A stretch of 64,000 nucleotides of DNA, from the NCBI GenBank assembly GCA_040954595.2, contig CM082576.2, positions 4,748,760 through 4,812,759 of the forward strand, given 5' to 3'. Shown piece after piece: positions 38,101 through 53,710 of the stretch (positions within the stretch are counted from its first letter, which is position 1; each line of letters starts with the position of its first letter). A program made the position numbers and the translations under genes. The notes under the pieces are model-generated. The model was not told the DNA's origin. It saw only the letters and a list, made by a program, of their open reading frames with translations, and did no database searches. The stretch comes from Balanoglossus misakiensis. Its lineage: Eukaryota; Animalia; Hemichordata.

Positions 38101-41100
38101 CTCACTTGGGTTATTGCAGAAGTAAGGAGTCGGAGAGGGTTGGAATTCAGGATAATCAGGAAGTACATCACTACTGTAGGAGGAGTCATCCTCTTGATCA
38201 GCATCACTAGGAGAGTTCGCATCACCCTCGTCTACCGAAGAAGTTGGGCTGTCTCGAGAATTACTCATTTGCTTTGCATAGTTGGATGGGATGGTGGATA
38301 GCCACTGACCGACGTAGCCTGTGTTTTCAGCCAGGTTGTTCAAGCTGTTGATACGTTTTCCAATTTCAGTCCCCCTCGGCTCAAAACCCTAGAAAAGGGA
38401 GAGAAATATCTATCAGACTTTTTTCATCGCTCTGCAAGGGTACGTTTTAATTTATGACACAGATTAGCGCCTCAGTAGCTGTAACCAATATTGAGTTTCA
38501 TATTTGGGTCATCACCATATCAAAGTCACCTGCAGATATTTATCTCGTGGTTATTACAATTTTTACAAACTGTAATGTATCAGTAGATTGGAGAGAATAG
38601 AGTAATATATTAAGCAATAACCCTCAAACTACGGTCATACTGTGTGCAGTGTTTCCACTTGGCTGTGCAATGCACTGCACAAAAAATATCTCAGGGGATC
38701 TCTAAATTAAACATTAGAAGAGGCAAGAAACTGATAAAAATGTTAATTAAAAATGAAAGTCAAAAATTTTTAACTGTTAGTTCAATCATTTTTTTAACAG
38801 CTTCAATTGAATTAATAATTAATATTGATTACAATATGAATATTAGATGAGATTGTCTAGTCCAATTTTCCATTCACTGACTAATTACTGAGGCATCAGA
38901 AAACATTATCTGAAAGTTTGCAAAGTTGAACCATAGACATCTACTGTCTATGGTTGAACCATCTCTGAACCGAGCAAATGTAATTTATTGGGAATGTTAT
39001 CTGCAGTAAGATTTAATCCAAACAAATATTGCCAGACACATGAAACAAAATCATGCAATACAAAAACTGAACACTTCTTGTGAAAATTCCGATAAACACA
39101 CAAATAGCTGTGATGTGAGATTTTTAAGCTGACGTCCCCATAATGCTATGTTAGTTGTCATTTGAAACCTAAAACTCGAACAGGCATTATACTTCTGGAT
39201 TAAGACATCAAATATTTATCTCCATTTGTATTATTCTGTTTGCCTACTTGATATGTATGTAGGTCACACCTCATTGCAAAAATGATAAGGATTAGGCTAA
39301 ATTGCAGATTTCAAGGTTAAAATTTTATTTTTAGGCAAGCACATGCATCCTTCAACTGGTGATGGTAATCTTAAAATATTCCCTGACATCTGAATGAACC
39401 ACCAACTGCAATGTGGCTATAAAAAGTGATAGCATTTGCATCTGATTTTCGGTGATATTATTCTAATCCCCAATAGAAGTGGTTTGTGGAATATTACATT
39501 AAAGTTTCCCACATTGAAATAATCACCTGTGGAATTTGTAATCAGCTTTTCTATCTGGATTTTTCACAAGGGTTTCAAAGGCGAAGTACTTTCACAAGTC
39601 ATCAACCGCATCGCAAGAGTTAAAAGTACAGCTTGGTTGTCTTTGCGGAACTATTAAAAGTGAAAGAAAGATACTCCGCGTACAGTTGCCAGGGGACAGT
39701 GCTTTTCAAACAAAAGGTACACTGAAATTACCGTGTGTACCGTCCTCAGTGACAGACTCACTTGCCTCTCAATAAAAAGCGGACACAGATCAAGGAGTAA
39801 TTTGCAACAAAAAAAAGGAACGGCTGCCACCTCGAGATTAAGCTGGTCACCTTGTTACTTCATGCTACACTGCATGCGTTTCCAACATCCGGCCAATCAA
39901 TTGTGAGAGGCTCAATATATTGACAAAACGGTCTCCGAAGACAGAGTTTGAAATGCCGCAAACATGCCGTTCACCCCCAGTGGAAAGTTGTGATAAACCT
40001 CCTTCCTTTCACAATCTCTCCACGTTTTACACGTCAGTTTTTGACCAGAAGCAACGCTCTGTTCGGCCTGTAGTCAAATCGGAAGGTAGTCAAAAAAGCT
40101 ATGCTGCTTTTTCTCGGAATAACACAACTTAATTAGTCTACAGCGTCACACACTGACGTAAAAACTCCAGCTGAGAAGCATGTTTGTAAGTTTCAATTTT
40201 AAAATGGCACATACAAGCATGACGCTCAAAGTATTGTATTAGATAGTGGACAAGACTCACAGTGATCAATGTCTAACACAAATCTAGATTTTCCAACAAA
40301 CCAGGGAGTCGGAATAGCAAACGAGAGCTACACAGGACATATCATCAGGAAATGTTGGGAAAAACCCAGATAGCTAAGTGTATCTGGAACATTTTTTCTC
40401 ATGTTTCCTTAACCTTAGATGAACTTTTAAGTGAAATTTCCTGGGCGTCTGCGTGATGTGAAACCGCACAGTTTTTATATACCTACTTTGTGTATTTTTC
40501 TAATACTCTAACTTCCTAAAGCCAACTGACGACTGTCACCAAATGCATTTTTTTTCCATTTCAGAAAATGTTGGAAAAGCTATTCAGCCAATCGTGTAAG
40601 ATTCTTCTCACCACAAGTGTCTCTCAACAATCTAAGTCTTCAAATCCACTGTAATATTTGGGTTGTCAAACATAATTGGGGTGAGAACTCTTCCCTAGCT
40701 GTAGCACCAGCAGCGAGTCGAGCATAATTATCACGGAATCTACGTGCAGATTCACACATCAGCAAAACGATCCTCACGTTCAATTATACGGTTATTCAAC
40801 CCTGCTGCGACGCATGCATGGATGCCGGCCGTCAAAAGATTTTCCCCGCATTGACTATACGGTGGCATTTTGTGCAATGTGCAAAAGCATGTCTGCTGCT
40901 GCGGTATGAAATGATATAGCTTTAGAGTGTGCCCACTATAATCACCAGCCGTCTGCTTCTCTTATTAACCAACTGAAAGAAAAGATGCCGCCTCTCTTGT
41001 CTCTCTCGGAATCTATCTCCATCCCCATCACCTAGGCAACCGCTCCGGTAGACATGATCATCAATACACTGCAGCAAATTAAAATCGGTAGCGACACGCA

Positions 41101-44100
41101 CAGTGTTTTCATACACTTACGGTCTTTAAATGGTCTCAATACTTACTATCCCTCCACGCACGGTTCTTCTGTTGAACATTACAAAAGAACAAGAGAAAGC
41201 ATGCTGGCATCGAAATATGAGAGACAATAAACGCTCAGTTTTATTCCTCAAGTACTTGTTTTTATTTCTCCTGCAGTCATTCTTTTCAAATTCCTTTCAA
41301 AATTATGCAATGCATTTATTCTCATCACATTCTTTGTTGCTTGCATGGATATGAAATAAGGGTGCACGACTATATACATTGTACGCATCAGATTTTACTT
41401 TATCAAACAGGAACATATTTTCACTAAAGTACTCTAATTGCGATGACAGTTTTTCTGGCATTGAACCAAATTCACAGGTGTAACAAAATTTAATAAAATC
41501 TCCTTATGCCAGTATCTTGGATAATATTTTTCTATCATCTATTATTTTAAATTTCCTTTTTTGATAACAAATAGCAAAAGCATGATTAGGAATTAAGTGC
41601 CCAAGGTGGTGAAATTTGGCCTTTAACCAGTCACCTTTAAGGTCATTGTCACCAGGCAGTGTCACCTGCTCACAAATGCAATTAACACCATGCGAAACTA
41701 ACCGCCACCGGAAGATGAAATCGATACCAGATTTATACCGCCTCGCTCGCCAGTAGCCATCATTGTAACACTGGTATTTTTTTTCTCACTTCGATTGCTT
41801 CCAGAGTAATAACAGGACATTGACTGAATAAAGTAACCTGGGAAATTCCTTCAACTCGCCGCCAAAACCCTGGATGGAGTTCTTATAGATTTCTTGTCAT
41901 GATAAGCAATAATAATGATACAGCCCTTCTAGACAGACAAGTTCTACATATCCAGCTTAGAATCTATATCCAAAATTACTACCACATGATTATGACAGAA
42001 ATCGGTAGCGGCCTATAACTTTGAAAAAAAATCCATCACACTGGCCAAGAAAATTGAATCATGTTATATTCATAGAGATGAGTATCACATGTATTCCCTG
42101 ATATTACATGAAAAAGAAATTCAAATCTTCTTCTTTGTGTTTCCCTGGCAACCCAAATGAAGGAAGGGCTCCTTGTGATCCGAGAGTGTTACATTTTAGG
42201 AGTTTTCCATTTGGGTATAGATATTGGTGATTGATTTTCTAAGATGTTTGGCATGAACAGAATACGACACGGAGGAAACACACACAATAATACCACTGCA
42301 TGCTCCATCACAGAAATCTAACAATCGGCACTCTCCAATTGACAAGTAAATGCTGCAACGCAATCCCGGCAAGTTCTCCATCAACTTCTACAATTCAAAA
42401 AGCCTTTTCAATCATACTACTGGACTGAATCTATTGAAACATGAATCTGCTCACACACTCTCATGCAAAATCAGGGTGTTTTTTCTCTCTCGCTATGGCA
42501 TCTGCAGCTTTCATTTCTCGTTATAACATTCATCCCTTCTTTCTTGTTCCTTAGAGAGTGATGTATATGCGTGCCACATATTTAATGAGAGTGCGCATCA
42601 AATCTGGCGATGAACGAATGATGCAAGCACCAAGGATGCGAGTAAGAACCGTTCATACATCTGACAGTCCCATTTCATGCTACCCTAGTTGTGTGATATA
42701 TCTGTGTGTTAAACTAATGACGCAGATCTTCAGTTCTGGCTGACAGGATGGCTCCCTATCTCTCCTCATGCATGGCAACCTAATTCCCATCATGCAGCAT
42801 TCTTCAATGCACACAGGAGTGGGTTTTTTGTTCTGATGCACACAGCAATAGCTGAAGAAATGAGTTTGGAGTGAGAACAAAATTGGAGTGTTTGTGAATG
42901 ATGGGAGAACTGGTAGTGTATACTCTTGAAAATTACAAAATGTGTTGTGACAAAATTGTCAGCGGAAATTGATGTACATGTACTCGTGGTAGCACTGTCA
43001 CACTGCAACTGGTGTTGGTTGTATCTGAGCAAAGGCCGAAGAAAGTTGAGCATATAAATCTAGCACTGCATGTCTGTCAGAGTTTAACAATTAACACAGT
43101 AGTCAACCACTGTCTGCTGATAAGACAGTTAAAACACACCTGATACCAGTACATGTATGTACAGTGTAGTTGTGTCGCAACACAAATGCTTTACCCACAA
43201 ATCTCAATGATATTTCATCACAATCGTGACATCAAGTTTGGAACGACTGAAAATAATGCAATATGGTGGAACAATATGCAATATGTGCACGACTAATGAA
43301 GGCATATTCCGATCTGCGAAATTCCCAACGGTATATTTTCAGTTGATATCAAGGATTACGGGAAGATATACACTGACTTCTGTGCAGTCCCAGCTCTAAT
43401 AGCTCACTTCTGACTCACGGCCCGATGACATCACCTCAAAACAAAGAACCGTAATCAACTTCTTTGACTGACACCGTGCCAGTCGATATAAGAGAGTGTA
43501 GAGCAATATGGTATTTCACACTTGACACCGTATGACGTACGAGAAGAGATGAGTTTCACACTTCTTGAGTCTAGTAAATGTATGTGGGCAGGAGTAATTC
43601 AAACCATGACTACTGTGAGTTGGTCCCCGGCGACCCGACTGATTATCTCTCGTGAAATTCCCACGGGACTACTTCAATCTGGTCGAAAAAGTGGAATAAA
43701 TCACAAAAGCTGTCTGAACAACGTCAGGCAGCTCCCATAATAGTGAAACGTAGTGCAATTTTCTCCACTTTTCAAACTATCTCCACATACTCTCAACCCA
43801 CGCACTGTTAACTCCAATCTCTTTTTCTGCGTTCAAACGAGGAAACGTACTTCGATTTTTCTCACTGATGAAGACACTTAGGGGCCATGAATAATGAAAA
43901 AAACATGCAAGATAAATGACAGTATAAATTGTGTTTGACCTCAAATTACCCTCCAAATCCCCCAAAACCAAACTTCGGAAGTGTAAAGATGCAGCATAGA
44001 ATTTATGATTTGAAATATTAAACAGCTCAGATCTGTTGAACAAATTAAGGTACAGGTATTTGTTCCACCCACATCCCCATGAAGAATCTGTGCAATAAGT

Positions 44101-47100
44101 TGTGATATTTAGTGACCACGTAGTAACAATGAAAGAATAATAAGATCAAAAATATCTGTGCCATGCTTATTCTAGTTTGTAACTTCTTAAAAATTTAATA
44201 TTTACCCAAAACGTAGCGCGAATTTGTGCATCACAATCGACATATTGCTACACCTCCACAGCTTTGTAAAAGTAAAATGTGGGATTCTGTATGCACACAC
44301 AGAGTATTAAATGTTTGGTTGCATATCGTACATGCATCCTGGAAGATGCAGTTTTTATTACTTAATCAGGGAAAATGCCAATTAACAGGACCATGTAATA
44401 AGGCTGCACTGAACACAAATAATTTTATTCCATCCTGAGATCTTTAAAAAAAAAAAATCTGAACAGTCATGGAGAAACTGAAACTGAAAGAAAAGTTCAT
44501 CGTCTTCAAAGTAGCCAACTTTGTAAGGTTCAATCTACAATTACATACCAGCTGCAGCCAAGCAAATAATGCAGTACTAATAGGGTTAGAATGTGAACAA
44601 AGCAGCTTGAAGCTAATGTTGCAATGTGAAACTTTGAAGACTGCTATAAGCTATTACGCTACAAAATGTTGATTGCTTGTTGTGGCGTATATAGTATTCT
44701 GTTACTATATACATACTTTGCACTGGCAAAAACAAAGTATTGAGAATATTAATCATGAAAAGTTTTATGATTTTGTGTAAATACGGTTTACCTGGGTGTA
44801 TTCACCTCACCATAAAGGACGGATATGCCTGCAGTGGCATTATGTAAATATGGGGAACAAATTGATACGTCAACATTCGGTATTTTGCAAAAAACCATCC
44901 TTGTGGGCACATCTTTATTCAACAGTGTTTCTACTCTGAAACTATCCATCTCGGTTTTCCTCAGTGCATTCACATCCCTTTAGGTTAAAACTTTTCCTCA
45001 GAAAAGCTAATTTACTAAATGTGCCATCAGGGGTTGTGGCCCTTTGAATGCTGTGTCCGTTCTGAAACGCAGCCTTTTCAACTTTTTCTCTAATCATGAC
45101 TAAAATTTGATAAGAATCTCGCATAGGCATACAGACTATTGTTGCCACTATGAGATCCTGAGAAACATGAGCAGAGATAGCCTAGAATCTCAACATCTCG
45201 TATTGGCAGACTGGGAGTGACAACCCCAATACGATATATCTTCTTTCTAGGTTGGAGGAAAGCTAGCTCAAGACAACAAGCAGGTCTTAAATATAATATA
45301 AAGTACAGAAACCAAATTATCAAACATACTAATCAGTGAAGGAGACTTAGTTGTTCACCAAAAAGCAATTGGAGAAGTGGTTTCTGGTAGCCAAAACTAC
45401 TTTGATAAAACTTGGTTTGTATCCATTTGTATCCATTGCAAAAAGGATATTATCTAGTATGTTTTGAGATAATGCACTCAAGGCAAACTTCTTCTGGTGT
45501 TACAAAAATTAGATTTTAAATATGAAACTAATGGCATCAAGTCTGAAAGACTAAAATCTATTTCACTGAAAGGAATGTAATGACTTACAAATTGTTGGCA
45601 ATTTGTAGAGGATCAGGGCATCCTGTAAGAGTTTGCAGAGGTTTTGAAAACAACTAAAGGGAAGAAAGGGACGGCTAAAAATCCTCCCAAGTAGGTTGAT
45701 TTGAACTGTTGATTTGATATAAAGTCTCTGAAAGATGTTGTTTGCATCGATTCACGGCGGGGATTTGCTTTGATTTGCAGCAATTTCCAGTCTGGAATTA
45801 TCTCTTAACTACCGCCAGACAGACTGCATGGAAATCATTGCTGACCTTTCGGGCTTTTGATGGGTAACGAGTTCTGTATTTTTCATTGCCCTCCGATTTT
45901 CTCCTAATCATCATCTGACTCATCACTTGGCTCCAGAGCTGCAAGTAGGAAGTCTGCTTCATTTAATCTCTCCTCTCACAATGGAGGAAAAATTAAAGCC
46001 ATTGTTGGTCGAACATGCGTTGGCTAGGAGAAATCCCACATTGTGCTGGCTCTAGGATCTCTCACAAAAGCTTGTTATACGTAAGACTCTTTAGAAGCTT
46101 CACATCCAGGGATTCCAGTTTCTTGATCAGCTGGCTACAGCATGTACCCGAGGCTGTGTATGTACTTTACAGAAGATAATATGTTGTTTTTTTCTCTCAA
46201 GGTATTGTCAGCGTTCAATTTTTCTTCCAGACTAAAGTTTCTGCTATCATTAAAGTTGATAAAGCTATCAAATTGTCTCGCAATACACATAATTAAATAC
46301 AGGCTGTCGGCTGCGTGCCGTAATATTCAAGGGCAAGGTGACTTTGAAACAAGACCTTATCTTCACGCAGATCAATCGCCACGGGAGAACTCAATCCACA
46401 TGTTTGGAAAACGGGTGAAAACTGAGAACGCCTCGCAAATCCACAGGGAGATGGGTTTAACATTTGCAGTCCCCAGAAAACACTGCCTTCACACTTTTCA
46501 CGCTGCAACGACTCTCACCTCATTTTTAATAGCCGACAAATTTCCTCTTTTAAACTGATTTATAACAGGCGAGTGGAGCTGGTCTATGCTTACTCATGCA
46601 ACAACATCGGTTACAACTCAGTATTTACCAACTTCTCCTTCCTGCGGTGAATTTTAATACATGACCTGAAATCAACTCTGCAGATTCAGCTGAAGAGTAT
46701 ACAGAGCTCTGACTCTCACTTCAGCTCGAATGCCCCGACTGTGATCCTCAGTCTGCAACGATTGAAACTTCCATTTCAATTTCCTCTTCAAAAGAAAATC
46801 TTACGAAAGTCACCCTGACAAGCATGAATAATAAATAAATGATTTAATAATTTCACAGCCATCACACTATTCCGCGACACTGAGAGAGTCTCTTTCACAA
46901 TTTCTATATGTGGAGGATTTTTTCTTCACAGGGAGAAGGGTGATTTATTTCCTTTTAAAACACGGTATTAAATTTTGATTAAAGCACCAGGAGCAGCATT
47001 TTTATGTATTTTTCATTCCACAAGATATCAATCACTCTCACTCTCACTGCCTTTAACTAAACCCTTTAAAGCAATACAAGCTATGACTGTCATGGCAAGA

Positions 47101-48697
47101 CCACCACACTGACCTTCTGACCACAGAAAACATTAGGCAAATTAAAATTCTCACTGCGGTTTAAACAGCACCCTCAGCACTACACATCAGAATATGGGGA
47201 TATTATAGAAATTTACTGAAAAGCGGACAGTTGGGGATAACGGTAATTTTATCGATGTCTCAAAGTTTTTCTCTTGGTTTGCTTTAAACATTGTAAAAGG
47301 ATCATAAAAAGTGTGAAAATATGTATAGTGGTGTAAGTGTTTGAGATATCACTGTCAAAATTCAGGAAACTGATGCCATTATTCAGGAATCTGCAGCTAT
47401 GCTTTTATCTTTCTCAGTAACATCCACCCCTCTTGTCTGATTGATTTCAATAAAACCAGAACCAATCAAATTTTTTTCTCACATAAAAGCATGCACATCC
47501 CATCAAGTCCTGTTTAGCTGGAACTGGTCAAATTAAACCAGATCCACCCATCACAGCTAATGAAAGCTGACTGAATCCATTACTGCAAGAGATTATTGCG
47601 GAATGGGCATATAAGTTTCCGGGATTTATTGCTGTGTGTAACAAAGCCATGCCAGCAAAAATCCTCCCACAGCAGGAATCAGGGGTTTTGTCCGAGACTT
47701 TGATTAACTGTAAGACAATTGCAACTACTTGGAGTACCACGGTTCATTTAATAACATCATGTCTTGATTACACTTAATGACATCAAGTCGAAATTACCTG
47801 CCTTGATTAGACAGGACTGAAATCAGAAAAAATAACATGACTGCTTAAACTCCTTACGATGAAGAGAAACAAACCCACTCTGGTGATAGTAGAGAAAACC
47901 TGATTTATTACCGGATCCACAGTGATACAGGATCTAATTTTCCAAGACGTACGATGAGGTTTATATGTCCGAGAGATGTCGTAATAAAACAAAATACCAA
48001 ATTGAATCAATCAAATAAATCCACAAAAGAATGACTATATATAATTGAAGTTTTTTGACAAAGTAAAATAACACTTTTCAATTTATAATTAATCTATGTT
48101 GAGTACTAGTAATAAAACTGAATAACTTCTTGTTGGCCAGACCTCCAGCTTGATAAAACATTGATGGATACCTAATCTAGTTGAACCAATCTACAGCTTC
48201 TAATTTGGTCCAATAAAATAACAAATTGATGACAAAACGGAAGAAAACACACCAAGTGTCTGGTGTTCATTAGTGGTACATTGTGCAGACAGAACCTACG
48301 CTGTTATTTTCATAGCAAATTTGACTCCGCAAAACCACTAGAGGAAATCTGAAGTCGTGTAGGAAACACGTACGACTCATAGTTGTGTGACCCCAATCTG
48401 AGTTCAGCAGCAAACTCATGTCTGATTCCTTCTTGTGGGAAATTCAATAAACTGTTTTGCTAGAGAGCCTTTTTTGTACATGCGTCATATGTGGAATGAT
48501 GCATTTTGAGATCTGAACTGCAATGAATATTGAGTGGTTTAAAAACCTACCTTTTTAACCAGTTCTATGTGTAATTTTCACATCTTCTTTTTATACCACC
48601 TCCATTGCACTGTGACATATGTCAGGTGTGTTTTTAAGAACTTCCACAATAAAAATAACAACACAAACAAGCATCCTCCTCCTCCTCCTCCTCCTCC

Positions 48698-48763
<66 letters not shown>

Positions 48764-51700
48764 CAAGGCCAGTTCTACCCGTAATAAACATGCCAATTTC
48801 CGGTCAGTGATATTTTTCAACCCTGTGAATTCAAAGCACATGCAATTTGCCTGGCCATATGCTACCACAGTGAATTCAGTCATGATGATAACTTCATGAT
48901 AAGAGTACGTTCAACTGGTTCTAGTTACAGCATCTGATAAAAAAAGGTTGCAATACGACCGTCCATGGTCTACACATTAATTAGTGTCCTGCCCCTTTGA
49001 GATATCACTGGGGATCGACAATATGATAAGGTAATGAAAAGACTATTATTGCCGTGTCCTTGAAAAATAAAAGTTTATGGAACCTGATAGTGATTTGCGA
49101 TTAATTTACTACTACCTCCCATGGGACTTTGTTTATCAAAGCGAAAGATGAAATACTGACTAAACAATTGAAAAAAAAAATCGCAGCCTAGAAAATTGAG
49201 ACGGCATATCAGAGCTGTAGTGAGATTTTAACTCTCACCTGGCAGCTATTGATTTCTTTTCTCTCTATTTGCCCCAACTTTCATTTAGCGGCTCAGTGGC
49301 TCAAATCACAAACGAGAGCGGAAGTTTGGATTTTGTAATTCTATAGGAGATATGGCACACGGGAAATTTGCAGATTCTTTGAAGGGGAACCAGGAGAAAT
49401 TACAGGGCTTTCACACCACACTGCACACAGATCACTCCACCATAAAATGTGGAGGGAGAGATCGAGGAGACAAATGATCTGCTTGGTGAGCATGCATGCC
49501 CGCGGGCTACGACAAAGCACAGTTTAGGTCTCCGATTTGATCTTTTGCTGCAGGGCAGACTTGACTTTTCAGAGCTTTTTTTCTCGGCAAATGATCAGCA
49601 CCATGTCCTTGTCAGACAATGTCATGAAAAGTTTTTTTTTAGACACAGGCATATAATTAATTTCTATAAATACATATTTGAAATATAAATTTCAATGCTA
49701 AATTTAAAACAAATCGAAAAGCACGCTAAAAGGTAGCTGTATTTTAGTACATCTGTAAATATAGTGTGTTCATTTTTCATAGACATTATTTGTTTAAAAA
49801 AATTAAAACAAATAATTATGAAAATGTAGAGTTCTTCTAACCACACAGTGACTGTGCTTCTAACTATAAAGATATGTTCATGGTAAGAAACAACAGAGCT
49901 ACGATTTAAGTGGATCCATAGGTCAGACGTGAGCTCTAAAGAACATTTTTTCTAATCTTAGCATCTCATTAATAGTAATACTAATAGTAGAGAAGAAAGT
50001 GTGCTGATTTAAAAATATAACTTTAAAATTCTATTTTAATAGTTACTGGAAGGATGTTAAATTTATAAATATCCCGCTTACAGATGTACAGTAAACTGCA
50101 CTGGTAAAGAATTCTGCATGTATATTGATAAATGTCATCCTATATCAATGGACCTACTGTATACTCTTTGCGAATACCCATCACACAAAAAAGTTGAATA
50201 ACCAAAATTAACTGAAGACGTCATATGTTACAGGTTGCAGAAAAGCCTCTGGAAATGTTAAAGCCAGAACCACAGGCCCATCGTACTTTCCAACCGAAAC
50301 TTTCACGTTCATCATTTATTCATAGGCTGGGGAAGAGACACTGTGAACACCACGGACAACCTCACTCCATCATATTAATATTTTAAAACGAATCCAGAAA
50401 TAACTACAATACTCTCATAACGACTGATGGGATTTCAATACCACCAGGGAAAAAAATCACCTTATTTTCTGGACACTTCACGTTGTATGTAAATTCTTAG
50501 TTTATACCTGAAGGCAATCAATCACATATATTAAAACCTTCCTCAGCTCATTGCACGATTTCATGCAGCCCCATTAGAACATTAAAATAAGCCGCTATTT
50601 CCTCATATTTCGTAAAACCCTTTAAATCTAATAAAGATGTTCCAAAGCTCCCTCGCTGAAATCTTCAATGATCTGGAAGAGGTGTGACATTATTATAAAT
50701 TCTCCTCACTGACAGAACTTGCATTAATGTATTGAGGGTGGACGGTCGATGCAGCACTCTGAAGAAAATATTCAAAGTCTTGACTTTTGTTTTGACCCGG
50801 CTGTCACTTTCAAAGCACTTCTACGGTCCAATTTGTTTCGCTGTCAGTTTAATGCTTCTGAACCCACTGATAGAAAATGACTTTCAAACAGTTCACACTT
50901 TCTCTCAGTTTTGAGAATCCACACTTGTTTTCTTATTTAGAGTTGTCATGGAAACAGCACACTGTAATACAAAACTGGACCACTTGTATCTTGGATATCA
51001 ACAACAGGCATCACACAAAAAAATCTGGAGTTTTACTCTCCTTTCATTTTTTACGAATTACTTGATTATCAAAGAAACGAACAGTCTAAATAAATTGACC
51101 AGTATTTATTGAAAACAAGATATTGATCTCATGAGAAATCATACTTAAATGGAATATTTGAGTGGTGCCAATCAAAACACTAGTATAGAATGACCCTATC
51201 CATTCAGGAGATGAAGATGACTTGGTAGAGCTCTCTCAAAGCAATTAGTATTTATACACTGTATGAATATGGGAAATAGTTTCTTCAACTTTCAACTAAT
51301 AGACATTTAACCAAAGGCATTAAGTGACATTTCACTGAAGGGTCTATCAAAACATTAGAACTTTTATTATGCATACACACACGCTTGTTCAGCAGCTGGT
51401 CACTTCATAGTTCAACTATAAATATACATTAAATGACTAACACTCTCTGTCGTGCACGTAGTTTGAATTTCTGTCGGTGAAAAAAAAAGCGCTCATCCAC
51501 TGATGGAGAACATTAACTGCTTGACACTTTTGAGTATGCGTCCGACAGGGAGCGCTTCGCTCACAGTGACATTACTAAGAAGTCAACAATCTTACAGATT
51601 TTAATTTGCCGGGGTTGTGGGGTCTCTGTAGTCATTTCAAAGAATGAAACTTGATGAGATTCCTCACTGTGCCGACTTAGGAGAAGCATGCAAATGAGTT

Positions 51701-53674
51701 TTCGTTCGTTTTGTGATAAGCCGAGGCCAATAAGTAAAATGACATCTACAGTAAATGCTTGTAAGTTCTTCACGGATGGTTCGGATGTTTTATGAAGTTC
51801 CCTTTGATTGTGAAGCGTGACGGGAAAAAAAATTGGTGTGGGCGGCAAGGTTTTCCACTTTATTTTAATGAAAAGGATTGCAGCTAAATTGATTCTGTGG
51901 CAATTTCCATTAGAAAAGCCATAGATGAACAATTTCTTTTATCAGAATTTCTGGTTTGGGAAGCTACCTAGAAGTTGAAACAATCTCATTTTTGATGTAT
52001 TCCACTTTTGTCCAAAGATCTAATACTTTGTCATCTCATTTCAATAAATAGTTTGACACTCTCTGAACAGTCCTCAACAGCAAGATTTTCTCCTGTGTGG
52101 GAGGATACACTACTTGAGGAGATAGGGCTTACATGGCCAGATGATAACCTCGTAAGCTTGTATTTCATATACTTGGTGTGGATGCCTTAGTCTGTTTTTT
52201 TTCCTTGCTACATGTATGTGAAGGCAGTTTAATCTCATCCCAAAATGGAGAAAGAAATATCGGGCCCCACAACAGATCAGCAGAACTAATGACTTGAGAG
52301 CTGCACTATATTTTTAAAATCAGTGAGTTTTTACAACTGTTCTATTTTCTCACTGATTATCCAATACTGTCTGAGTAAAATAACCCTTAACATTTTAAAA
52401 GTTGACATTCCATACACCATATGAAAACCCATCACAAGTTGCACAAACCACATTGAGGCATATTTGACATTAATTCGCCCTAGTTTTAATAATTTACCCC
52501 CGCTTAGTTTATTCCCTATTCTAGTAATAGCTTCCCCATAAATGCGTATTACAGAAGCTGCTTAAAAATGTGGTAATAAAATTTCATAACAGATAAAATA
52601 TTTTTAAATCTTTACTCTCAGACATCTTAAACTTTTACGGACATGGTTGTTCTGATTGAGCAAATGATACATGCTATCTTGTAAAGATTCAACTTCATGA
52701 TAAACTGCATTTTGGCTGCCAAGCACTCTGTGATGTTAGTTTCTCTGATATTATTGATCAAAATGTTTTCTTCTTTAATGATACCAGTAAACGCACCAGG
52801 AAATAATAATTCATGGAAACGTTCTATAATCCTTTCTTCAAAGTCACTTCAGGTCAAATTGACCCTTTATGAAATATAAACTGTTAGGATAAGTTCATGG
52901 TCAAACGTGTAACTCTTAAAAGTACAGTAAACCTATTTTATTGCATATGAAATCAATGTAAAGGTCGTGACACCAGGTGAGGAATGAAGTTTTATCGCAT
53001 AATCCCATTTTCAAAGTCATTTCAAGGTCAAAGTTGCAAGCATATAATGTATGAAAGTTAATTGAAAGTTGAAGATACATGTATAGTACAAGTACAAGTG
53101 TTTGAGCGTGTGTAATTGCTTTTCAGTCAAATTTTGTTTTTCCGGTGTCAATAAATCTGGCACAAATTGTTGCCAAAAAACAGTGCATCACATGTTTTGC
53201 TTCAACTGCTACGATAGTCATGTCATTTGTGGCAAAGCCTGTTATCTGGATGAATGGAAAAATGCCTAGCATAAAAAAGCTTTCATACATTTATTTGCAC
53301 AACAAATGGTTTTCGCAAGCTGCATTTCGTGTCAAAATATGATTAGCATTATACACACTGCTAGATAAACAGAATTAATATATTTGCTGAAAGTTCCTAT
53401 ATTTTCACTAGATATTACAAACTTAGAGTTCCATGATGATATTTTTTTTATTTTCATAAGCTCTTTGTCAATGATGTGCAAAATGGGAATATGACGAGTT
53501 ATAATCATCTTTAATTTACATAATATGGTCAAGGATTTTGAAAAGACGATGAATTACATGATTGTAAGTGCTTATTAATCCAGAAAACAACAAATCACAT
53601 CCAGGGCATCACTAAGTAAACTCTTGGGAAGATAAATACCACAGAGTAAATGTTTGTGAAGGAAATATGTGACT

Positions 53675-53710
<36 letters not shown>

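Noticed and set aside
48567-48899. ORFs with poly-Pro/His, poly-Met/Arg or poly-Leu/Ile
   Set aside because: These are translations of the intronic (CCT)n(CAT)n microsatellite, with no splice or homology support.
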